A stretch of DNA of 64,000 bases from Eledone cirrhosa (lineage: Eukaryota). A program made the translations under genes and the position numbers. The DNA is taken from positions 42,098,001-42,162,000 of the forward strand of contig OZ024755.1 in the NCBI GenBank assembly GCA_964016885.1, written 5' to 3'. The notes beneath the pieces were generated by a model, which saw only the letters and a list, made by a program, of their open reading frames with translations, was not told the DNA's origin and did no database searches. Of the stretch, positions 37,305-48,749 are shown piece after piece. How positions within the stretch are numbered: position 1 is the first letter of the stretch; each line of letters opens with the position of its first letter.

Positions 37305-37587
37305 AGATAAATATCGAGACTGTAAAGGAAAGTTGTGGTGTGAAAGCAACGGTCGATGGAGAGAAGTTGCTATTAAAAGGGGTTAAACTGGTTAAACAAC
37401 TCTTCAAAGCTGTCCCAGTTCTCACGACAAATCTCGCGCCATTTCTTCCAGCTGTTGTATCTCACGTCCAGTTGTTCTATACTCTTCATTAAACAACATC
37501 TAAAGAGAAGATCAGCTAATTATAAAAGTTTTAATTAGAAGCAAATTCTAAATTAGAAACCTTTGTTAACGGGGGAAATGGGCGTTA

Positions 37588-38018
37588 AATGATGATGGTG
37601 ATGGTGGTGGTGGTGATGGTGGTGGTGGTGGTGGTGGTGGTGGTGGTGATGATGGTGGTGGTGGTGGTGGTGCTGCTGCTGATGATGATGATGGTGGTGA
37701 TGGTTATGATGATGATAAAGATGACGATGGCGGTGATGGTGGTGGTGGTAGTGATGGTGGTGGTGGTGGTGATGGTGCTGCTGCTGCTGATGATGATGGT
37801 GGTGATGGTTATGATGATGATGATGATAAAGATGATGATGATGATGGCGGTGGTGGTGGTGGTGGTGGTTTTGGTAGTGATGGTGAAGGTGATGATGATG
37901 ATGTTAATGATGACGATGATGATGATGTTGATGATGGTGGTGGTGATGATGCTGAGGGTGGTGGAGGTGGTGGTGATGATGATAATGATAAGGATGATGG
38001 TGGTGGTGGTGGTGGTGG
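37588..38018. repeat. Compound (GAT)/(GGT) trinucleotide microsatellite
   Basis: Read directly; gives poly-M/V and poly-T/I pseudo-ORFs. Confidence 0.95.
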
Positions 38019-39682
38019 GAAAGTTGTTACCAATTGTTAACATTCACTCCCTTCTGGAACTTTTGGGGGGTTTCGGGGCCTGCAACCTTTTCCTGTACAT
38101 CCCCCGTCTCCCAGGACAAGTCGCAAACCCATCGGACATTTTTTCACATTAGATGGAGACTGCAATATATTTCTCTAACAGACCCCTCTACCTAAGGCCT
38201 GATTGTGTCTCTTGTTACCCCACATGAAGGACGATGCGGTATGATTGCTTTTTATTCAATCTGACCATACTGCAGTTTGTTGTGCTATTCGCGTCACCAA
38301 CCTGGCAATTTTCTCAGAACCGCGAAGACTGAGATTTTTTAGAGGTAGCATTCGTCTGGTTGTAACTAAATCGCTGGGTTGTAAAAGATTTATTGAGTAC
38401 CACCAGTGTCACCCATTATTCCATCTCACATAGCAGCTTACCACTGACCCAGAGATACATATGCAGCCGACAGGAGCCGACTTATATCACAACTAACCAC
38501 CATATCAGGTGGCCATATCGCTATTCGGCACCCGTTCTCTAATAAAACAGCGCTGCTGAGACTACTATTATGTATATTCCGGAATTGTATATTTTATCAA
38601 AAGTTTTATAATATGCTAGTTTAGTTAAGGGGAGTCAACTCTGTGCTGCTCTTACTACAGAGTAACTTCCCTTTGAAAACTCAGCTTATTTAGAATAGAA
38701 AAATGTCTCGTTTCAATAAATGTTCTTCAATACATTTCAATTGGATTATGTTAGCAAAGGAAAAAGAAAAACTGAAGCAGTGAAAGCAAATAAAATGGGT
38801 GAGGGAACGACCGACACCCCAGTCAAGGTGGTATATCTCAGCAACACCCCACGGATAAAATAGTGAAGGCATTACCGCAGGAGAACAGCCAACGATACCC
38901 GCTACATCGGTCACTCCACTTCACGGGGTTCCTTAGACGAGATGGACTCCTCACAATTTTGTAGGGGAAACCGGCAGTTCGGGGACAGCGGACACCAGGG
39001 GTTTCGGTAACCCAAGCACCAAAAGGAAGCGGTCAAGTCCTGGAATTTAGTTATCTTTCCTCTGATTTGTGGGCGGCAGTTCTAGAGTTTGTTGCCTTGG
39101 CGACAGGAGATGGAGGCGTGTCGCAACACGAGATATCTCAGGATAGGGATGTACTTCCCTTGAATGGGAATAGGGGTATCCCGTTAGGGGTTTGTCACCA
39201 TCACGGTAGACTCCAGCTGTGATGGGAAACCTGCCACATCAAGTCTCCCTCTGATAACGTCATTGAAGGCAGCATGTTAAAGAAACCGGCCTTCACTTTG
39301 GCAACAAGAGAGCGAGTGTAGATCGAACTCTTGACCATTGCTCTACAACAGCATTTGTGTGGTTTACACACACAGAGACTGGACTACTCCGATGTGGTGC
39401 ACTCATCATAAAGAAGAGTTATGGTGAATGAGGAGAGCATCGTGACACAGATTAGTCGATAGTCGAGGTGATATTGATCCAGAAAAGACTCAAACCGCAT
39501 GAAGATTGTTGGCATTTGATGTCGTCTCAGTGACGTTGGGAACTTACATTTTAGGGAACGGTGAGTTCATAACCCAAACAGCCAAACATTCTGGTGTCAA
39601 TAATATGGTTTGGGAAAGGTAGATTACTCTCGCTTATAACAGCACAGAGTGATCTCTTCTAGATCAGAATGAATAAATTCCG

Positions 39683-39871
39683 AGTGGATTGGCAGTATCG
39701 GTAGAGCGTCAGACACCATGCTTTGCCACATATAGTTGTGGCGCTTTATGTTCTGAGTTCAAATCCCGCCGAGGTTAACTTTGTCTTTTATCCTTACGAG
39801 GTCGATAAAATAAAATACCAGTAATGCACTGGGGTAATTGCTGGTCTTGTGCTAAAAGTAGAAACATTATT
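39683..39871 (+). mobile_element. Full-length tRNA-derived SINE
   Basis: Same family as 34800-34995. Confidence 0.88.
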
Positions 39872-40127
39872 AGATATGACAAGGCGAACATACAAGTTTT
39901 GGTAATGAACACCCAGAATATCTTTAAAATTTGCAGATAGAAATGTTTGTATGTATATATATTTATGTTATATATATATATATATATATATAAGTAGAAG
40001 GGGTATTTATTTGTTGGAAATCCGACAAATATAAATGTTTATAACTGATTTAGAGCACTCAACAGTTGCCTGGAGTAAATATTCAATGATATTAAATAAA
40101 TGGAAACTATATTTATAAAACCATATT

Positions 40128-40190
40128 TATTTTATTATATATATTTCAAGGGTACCAAAACACTTTGGTACGCTTTCTTCAGATAAAATA
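40128..40190 (-). ncRNA. Minimal type I hammerhead ribozyme with intact core
   Basis: Minus strand: TATTTTAT-CTGAAGA-AAGcGTACCAAA-gtgt-TTTGGTACcCTT-GAAA-TATATA-TA-ATAAAATA (8-bp stem I, 11-bp stem II, palindromic stem III). Confidence 0.85.
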
Positions 40191-40385
40191 CAAAGTTTGT
40201 TTTTTAAATAGAGACATACCTTATCAGTTGGATATTCTCTGGATAGTGGAAATGTATTAGGGATTTTTCAAACTTATGGGTGAATATGCAAATGAATATG
40301 TAAATAATTGAAAAACAACCGTTTATTTAAGCCACTATGGAGAGTTTATGATAGTGAGAGAGAGAAGAGATAAGAGATGAAGGAC

Positions 40386-40422
<37 letters not shown>

Positions 40423-40467
40423 AGGAAACAAGCGAAGATGAATAAAAAAATTCATATAACGTTAATT

Positions 40468-40514
<47 letters not shown>

Positions 40515-40873
40515 CTAAAAAATGTTCGTTCTACATGGTTGAATACAATAAATGTAATCTGAGTTTTTCGAATATTAATAATAACCAAGATTTGACATCT
40601 ACGATTCACCGACTAATGGTGAAATATATTTCTTCAATAGAATATATACAAAGGAGGGTTGCATTGTTGCAAGGTATCTTATATTCAAGCTTCTATGTGT
40701 GGTTACACTCTTTACAAATTATTCCCTGTAATTGTTTGATGTGTTTATTTTATATATATATGTCATTCGACTTTTAATTTTATGTTACTTGGAATCTTTG
40801 AGCTTTTTCCACAGGTGGTATGGCGCATGTTTTTGATATTCTCAGACATGGCATCTATAATCTAATTTTGTTA

Positions 40874-40915
<42 letters not shown>

Positions 40916-41055
40916 TAACAAAATTATATTATATATATATATATAGTAATAATAATAAATGTGAAGACTAAAATCCAAAGAGGGCTCGATAAGGATAAAT
41001 ATATATCAAATATATAAGAACCCTAGAGCAAATATTTATTAAAATAACAGATTAA

Positions 41056-41106
41056 AGTTTAAGCAAAGAATCGCTGCTTTCACCCTTAACGGGATCTTCT
41101 GAAACT
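41056..41106 (-). ncRNA. Degenerate type I hammerhead motif (U4 changed to A)
   Basis: Minus: AGTTT-CAGAAGA-tCCCgttaaGGGt-GAAA-GCAG-cgattct-TTGC-TT-AAACT. Confidence 0.55.
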
Positions 41107-41268
41107 AAAAAAATCAATCTGTGAACGCAGAAGTAAATATTTCGAAAAACGTTGCAACCGTTTATTAATATAATCTTTATTAATATAATCTTCTATACAC
41201 AATCATACACACCCGTGTATATATATCTCTTTCTATATATATATATATTTATATATATGTATATATAT

Positions 41269-41406
41269 ATTATATAAATTAACAAAGAAGCCTTTAATAC
41301 ATTAAAAATCTTTATTTGCTGACAATGTTTCGTCCCATTAAACGAAACATTGTCAGCAAATAAAGATTTTTAATGTATTAAAGGCTTCTTTGTTAATTTA
41401 TATAAT
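41269..41406. repeat. Perfect inverted repeat, about 65-bp arms with 8-nt spacer; probable truncated and inverted PLE terminus
   Basis: 41269-41333 is the reverse complement of 41342-41406; centre carries the hammerhead 3' half CGAAACATTGTC. Confidence 0.85.
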
Positions 41407-41503
41407 TTTTCGGCTCTCTTTGATAACATTGAGCTATATCTTATACTGTCATTTCTCTAATACGACGAGTGTGTTTAACTCTAATGCACTCAAGTATTTT
41501 TTT

Positions 41504-41536
<33 letters not shown>

Positions 41537-41541
<5 letters not shown>

Positions 41542-43841
41542 TTAGTTAAGCAAAACAAGACCACAAATTTCACAAGGAAGACATTATTAAAAGATTGTCA
41601 ACATATGTAAGGAATGTAGAGAATGATAATAATAATGTCCGTTTACAATTGTTTCGCTACTCCATATAATATTTCTGGATCAAATGATTATAGATCATTA
41701 TTGATCTGGTTCAGTTGAAAATAATTAACATAGGTAAAAATAGAGCAGCTCATCGGAACTTCAAAAGGAATATAAATTAAAATAAGGAAAGAATGTTACA
41801 TAAATGTAATGTTCCATATATTGGTATTTCACTATGGTGTCCTGGGTATATCAGTTGTCTGGGTATATCATACTCGAGCAGTATTTTTCTGTCGAGGCTG
41901 CATTGTGTGAGATCTGCCTATGGGTAACAAGATGGCCACCAATGGACACATTTACCTTACTAATTAGAGGGTAGTTTCAGGGGAAGTAACTCCTCGAGAG
42001 ATTAGAAGTTGTGTGTAGTTTATAGTTAAGTGCTAATTTTTTAATTTTTTAATTTTTTAATTGAGAGACAATCTAAGGGAGGTAACTTATAATTATCTAA
42101 GTTAGCTATAACTATTTAATTTATTAGCTCCAAGTAAAAATGGGGCTAGATGACTATGTTGGGTCAAATATTCTGTTGGCGAAGGAATTAGCCCTTCGAT
42201 GTTGACAGCTAATAGTTACCTCCGTTCTATCGTTAGATGTCGTGATAGAGTTATGTAATATGCTTTGGTAAGACAGAGGTCACAAGATTTTCTTCGTCCA
42301 TTGAACGGTTGGGCCCTAGCCAAGATATCCCATGTTAGTGAGTGTTCAATGTTGGTTAATTTAAGGTTTTTAATGAGCCTAGCTAGAGATGTCGAACATC
42401 TGTTAGGGTCTCGGAAGGAAAAAGAGTCCGCGTTATAGCGTACCTTAAAAGGGTTAGAGGTAGACCCGATACAGGAGCTGGTATTCGAAGCAGTTTTAAC
42501 CGTTCACCTATAGACTATGTTGGGTGTCAGGCAGTGTCCATTTAGTGGGTATGCATTAGGGTAACGGCAGTTGCAGTTGCTTCTGCGGTTATTGAGAGTA
42601 GGGTAGTTTAACCTAAGCGGTTGGTCAGTGTTAGAAGGATTAGATGGGAGAGGTATGCTACTAGAGTGAGTATTGGTGTAGTGGCGTGGTGTATTTGATG
42701 GGGGGAGGTACCGCGGTGTGGGAGTTATACTGTCTTAGTTTATGATGGTTACTGAATGCGATGTGGCTAGCTAGGTTAAGTGTTGTGGAGAATGAGATTT
42801 TAATGTTATTTTTATTAAAGAGTTTGTAATATCTGTGGTTGGGGGGGGGGTGTTTAGATAGGATAGAGAAGAAGCGTTTAGGGATATTAGTGGCTAGATT
42901 AGATGAGAATGGGGGGTTAAGCCAGGTGATATTTCTAGGCCTATTCCTTCTAGGGGTTCTAGTGGAGTTGGTAGGGGCCTTCCTAGGGTTATTATTACCT
43001 GGGGATTTGTTATTTGTCATCCCATTGCTCATTCCTATTTTAGGGTTGATTTTTAGTTTGCTACTTGGAGTGGGAAGCCGGCCACTGCCACCATTAAGGT
43101 TCCCTGTATAAGTGCTGTTATTGCTAAAATTCCGGCGAATCTGGCTATATGCTAAGGTATTTCTAGTTCTAGTGTTAAGTTTATTATGGTGAATTGCTGT
43201 GTTATGGCATTTAGGTATGTAGTAAATGGACTATTCATAACCAGATTCAGAAAGAGCCTTATTATAATATGCCGCATGGTTTATAAATATCTCCTCATTT
43301 GCTGATAGCATGGTGATCCTATACGAGATAGATTTGATTACTGCTCTGATGACTGCCGGTGGGTGGTTAGAGTTGTGTGCTAATATATGTAAGTATTTCA
43401 CCTGGTTTATGGTAAGGGTAATATAGGTTATTGTTAAGATCCAGGGTAACGTCTAGGAAGTTTACTACTTTATGGTGCGGCTCGATGGTGATAGAGAGAC
43501 CGTTATTTTTAAAGAATCTATGTAATTGTTTTTTGAGCAAGTCAATGCCTCGATTAGTGCAATTATTATTATTCTCTACATTCCTTACATCAAACTAAAA
43601 TATGTTGACAATCTTTTAATAATGTCTTCCTTGTGAAATTTGTGGTCTTGTTTTGCTTAACTAATGAATATTTCCAGCTCTGTGCACCTAACCTCTGCAT
43701 GAACCCAGCCACCTAGCTGCCTTCCACTGCATATTGCACATTGAGCACATGCCTTTACGCTTTGGCTTCTAACTAATTCACCAATCTCTCCTATCTTCTC
43801 TCCTATCTCCATCTCTCTCTTTAATATTGGTTACTCTTGAA

Positions 43842-43848
<7 letters not shown>
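41537..43848 (-). mobile_element. Penelope-like element, 5'-truncated, with inverted terminal copy; bounded by (TA)n
   Basis: Minus strand: VVNFLDVTLDL...PYHKP...SNHPP (RT C-terminal region), NITWLNPPFSSN, NCNCR..PLNGHCLT..IVY..IGSTSNPFKVRY (GIY-YIG), CDLCL; 41537-41634 is inverted at 43561-43669. Confidence 0.9.
41641..41759 (-). ncRNA. Hammerhead motif with large stem II insertion in the PLE 3' terminal repeat
   Basis: Minus: GTT-CCGATGA-GCTGCTC-(about 80 nt)-GAGTAGC-GAAA-CAATTG-TA-AAC. Confidence 0.6.
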
Positions 43849-43899
<51 letters not shown>

Positions 43900-44204
43900 G
43901 TAAATAAACTCTCATGAGAGCTGGACAGCAGATCTTCAGAGAAGAAACACCCAATCAAGCGACTATTTCACCCCTTAACTTCTTACATATATATGTCACC
44001 AGAACCTGTACCCGGTTACACGTCACGAATAGATGTTTTAAGACATGGAAATTAGCCGTACGACCTTAAAATGTCAAAGGTCTTTTTGATTATGATGGAA
44101 AATTCCATTACCGGAGTTTATATACCTGTCATGTGTCACCTAATATTCAATGTTGAATGCGTATATTTCCGGAATGGTGGCTACTTGCGTCTTTCATGAG
44201 ATTA

Positions 44205-44390
44205 TGGTGAATTGGCAGTATCGGTAGAGGGTCTGACGCATGCTTTCTAGCATAGTTACGTCCCTTTATGGTCTGAGTTCAAATCTAGTCGAAGTAAATT
44301 TTGCCTTTCATCCTTACGGGGTCGATAAAATAAAGTACCAGTAATGTACTGGATAATTTCTGGCCTTGTGCCAAAAGTAGAAACAATTAT
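44205..44390 (+). mobile_element. Full-length tRNA-derived SINE
   Basis: Same family as 34800-34995. Confidence 0.88.
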
Positions 44391-44574
44391 TATTACTATT
44401 TTTTAAATTTATTTTCATTTTTCAGTTATCTTATTTTCGTTTATCCAAAGAAGACAATTTTGTGCTGCCACAATGAAGAGTAATTTCCCTTTTAAAACAC
44501 ATGTTTATTAAGGCGATGAATTGGCAGAGTTGTTAGAACGTCGGATAGAGTACTTTGTATTCTTTTCAGCTCTC

Positions 44575-47553
44575 TGCCCCGGGCTTCCTGGTGATTTCTC
44601 ACGAAAGCTCAAGTGTCACGTTGATGAGCTGCTATGCTCCCACATTGACGAACTCCGAGCAGGATAAAGATGATTTTTATAATAGCCTTCGTAATGCCAT
44701 CAATCGTGTTAAATATCAGGATAAGCTTGTTCTATTAGGTGATTTTAATGCTCAAGTTGGCAGTGACTATTTGGCTTGGGATGGTGTTCTTGGTCGCAAT
44801 GGAGTTTGACGCATGAACTCAAATGGTCAGCGACTCCTATCCATATCCAGAGAATTTGACTTGAACATTACAAACACGTTCTTTCAACAATCTAAGCAAC
44901 GGAAAACAACATGGATGCACCCCAGATCGAAAGATTGACATATGATTGACTGTATCATCACGAGGAAACGTCACATCAAAGATTTCACCATTACTCGTTC
45001 CTTTCACAGCACCTGCATCCTCTCTGATCATGCACTCCTATCAAGCAAGGTGTATTTTCGTCTCATTCGTAGGAAGCTCCAAAAGTCAGGAATTCCAAAA
45101 CGAGTCAACATTCCATCATTAAAAACTGCTCAGAAATATGACGAACTTTCCGAACAGTTAGATATCGTACTTGAATCTGTTAACATTTCTGATGATATTG
45201 AATCCTCTTGGAAATCACTAAGAGATGCCACGTGCTTCATTCGAAGTCCTTGGCTTGCCTGTTCGGAAGCACCCAGACTGGTTTGACGGCAACAACTTGG
45301 AAGCCCAATTGCTCATAAAGCAGATGCATGATTATCACTCGGCTTGGATCACAGACAAAAATAATTCTGCAAAGCAACAGGCATATAAAAAGTGAAAAAA
45401 CCAGGTGCAAAATACGCTCAAACATATAAAAGAGGCCTGGTGGGCAGCTAAAGCAACCGAGTTGCAGAAGGCTGCGGACCGCAAGGACCCAAAAGCATTC
45501 TATGATGGTTTAAACTCTGTTTTTGGCCCTCGTGAGAGTGGAGTTTCACCTGTACTGTCCTCTGATGGCAATACTCTGTTGACGAAAAAGTCGGAAATTT
45601 TACTTCGATGGAAAGAGCATTTTCAATCTGTCTTGAATAATGCATCCATCATCAACGAACATGTTATAGCCTCTATCTCCCAGATCCCTGAGATCCCTGA
45701 AGCTTGGGCCTTCTCTTGGCGAAGTGAGAAAATCCATTAGCCAGATATCATCAGGTATGGCACCAGGCAAAGAGGGAGACCTATAAGTATGGTGGTGAGA
45801 AGAGAGACCTATAAGTATGGTGGTGAGAAGCTGGTAAAAAAAACTTCATGATCTTTTTCGCGTTATTTGGAAGAAAGGCTCTGGGCCTCAGGATTTCAAG
45901 GATGCATCTATTCAAGACCTTTTCAAAGACAAAGGCATGAGAGTTGTTTGTGACCACTGGTGGGGCATATCATTGCTTAATATTGCTGGCAAAATCCTCG
46001 CACGACTTATTCTGAATCATCGAGCACATTGTCAATGACATCTACCCAGAATCACAGTGTGGTTTTAGGTTGGGTCGAGGTACAATTGACATGATTTTTG
46101 CCCTGCATCTGGTTGCCGAAAAAGTTCGCGAGAAAAACCAAGAGCTGTACATGATTTTTGTAGACCTTACTAAGGCTTTCGATACAGTGAATAGAACAGC
46201 TCTCTGGGATGTTCTTAAGAAACATGGAATACCTAACGAAATGCTCAACATCATCATTTCTTTGCCCGAGGGGATGAAAGCTGCGGTTTATTCCGACGGA
46301 GGCATCTCAGATTCTTTTGATGTCACTAATGGTACAAAGCAGCGTTATGTGATGGTTCCTGTGCTATTTTCCCTTTTCTTTTCTGTCATGCTTAAATATG
46401 CCTTCAACAACTGTGGTAAAGGTGTAAACTTTCAATTTCGCACAACAGGAGGTCTGTTCAACCACCAGCGTTTCAAAGCAAAAACATTCCCCCGAACTGA
46501 TATCACCGTGATCTCCTCTTTGATAATGCACGTGTCGCAACTTCGAAGATGCTCAGGATTTGGTCAATCATTTATCTGCTGCATGCAAAGCCTTCGGCTT
46601 AACTATCAGCATTAGGAAAACTGAGGTCGTACATCAACCTCCTCCTTCTCCGAAAACCGTAAGAGGTGTGAAGCAGAAACTACCGGTTCATGGAATTCCA
46701 CCTAACAAAATCATGGTAGTGGACAAGAAACTGAAGTATGTTGATAATTTTACATACTTAGGAAGCAAGGTGAACCACAGAGCTTCCCTTGATGACGAAG
46801 TCACCAACCGCATCTACAAAGCTTCCTCTGCGTTTGGTAAACTCAATCATCGTCTTTGGAATGAAAAGGGTGTAAAACTAAATACGAAAGTGCAAGTGTA
46901 TAATGCAGTTATTCTCACCACTTTGCTTTATGGAGCAGAATCCTGGACACCATACCGGTCATATATAAACCAGCTAGATGTGTTCCACAAGGAATGTTTG
47001 AGATCCATCTGTGGTCATGTACGAGAAGATAAAATTTCCAACGCCGACATCGTAACCAAATGCAACATTGGCGGAATTGAAACTTTCCTTGTGCAATCTC
47101 AGCTTCGTTGGGCTGGCCATGTCATCTGCATGAGTGACGAGAGGATTCCAAAAGTCCTCATGTATGGTCAGCTTAGCAGTGGCAACAGGAAAGTTGGTAG
47201 ACCATGGCTACAATATAAGGATAAGTTGAAATCAAATCTCACTGCTCCTGCAATCCCTTTCCATGATTGCTAACAATTTGCTGCTGAAAGAAAGGACTGG
47301 AGAGAAAGGTGCCATAGTGCGATTAAGAGCTTTGAATCCAGTCCCACAGAGAAATTGTGTGTTGACCGAACAGGGACGAAGCAACGAGCCTTGATACCTG
47401 CAAGGCTCTCCATAAACTCTTGCTCTTGTGACCTATGTGGCTTGGTCTGTGGATCATTGGTGGTATTGAAATGTCACATGAGACACCGCCATCCAGAGAG
47501 CTGAACTTTTGTTGGACATTCATACGTCAGATATCGACGGGAGAGTCCATCAT
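44575..47553 (+). mobile_element. RTE-clade LINE (BovB-like), near full length, pseudogenised APE-RT ORF
   Basis: CYAPT, LLGDFNAQVG, TTWMHPRS, SDH (APE); PESQCGFR.GRGTIDMIF, FVDLTKAFDTV, GTKQ, FTYLGS, LLYGAESW, QLRWAGHV; stops and frameshifts throughout. Confidence 0.93.
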
Positions 47554-47561
47554 ATATACGC

Positions 47562-48515
<954 letters not shown>

Positions 48516-48529
48516 TCTGTACACGAATA

Positions 48530-48680
48530 GCCTGAGTGGTTGGAGAATTGGATTCGCAATTGTGAGTTTGTAAGTTCGATTCCCGGACTGGGTGATGCGT
48601 TATGTCCTTGACACTTTATTTCACGTAAGCTCCTTCTACCTGGAGTTGCAACCGATAGATAGTATTAGCAATTCGAAAGA
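48530..48680 (+). mobile_element. CORE-type SINE 5' part
   Basis: GCCTGAGTGGTT...AGTTCGATTCCCGGACTGGGTGATGCG...ACACTTTATTTCACG. Confidence 0.7.
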
Positions 48681-48749
48681 CCAATGGAAATATTGTTTCC
48701 TCGGTCCGATTTGACAAAAGTCGATCGACTGTCGATATATATATATATA

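Noticed and set aside
37585-38152. Thr/Ile-rich, Met/Val-rich and Pro/Ser-rich ORFs
   Set aside because: Translation of a compound trinucleotide microsatellite
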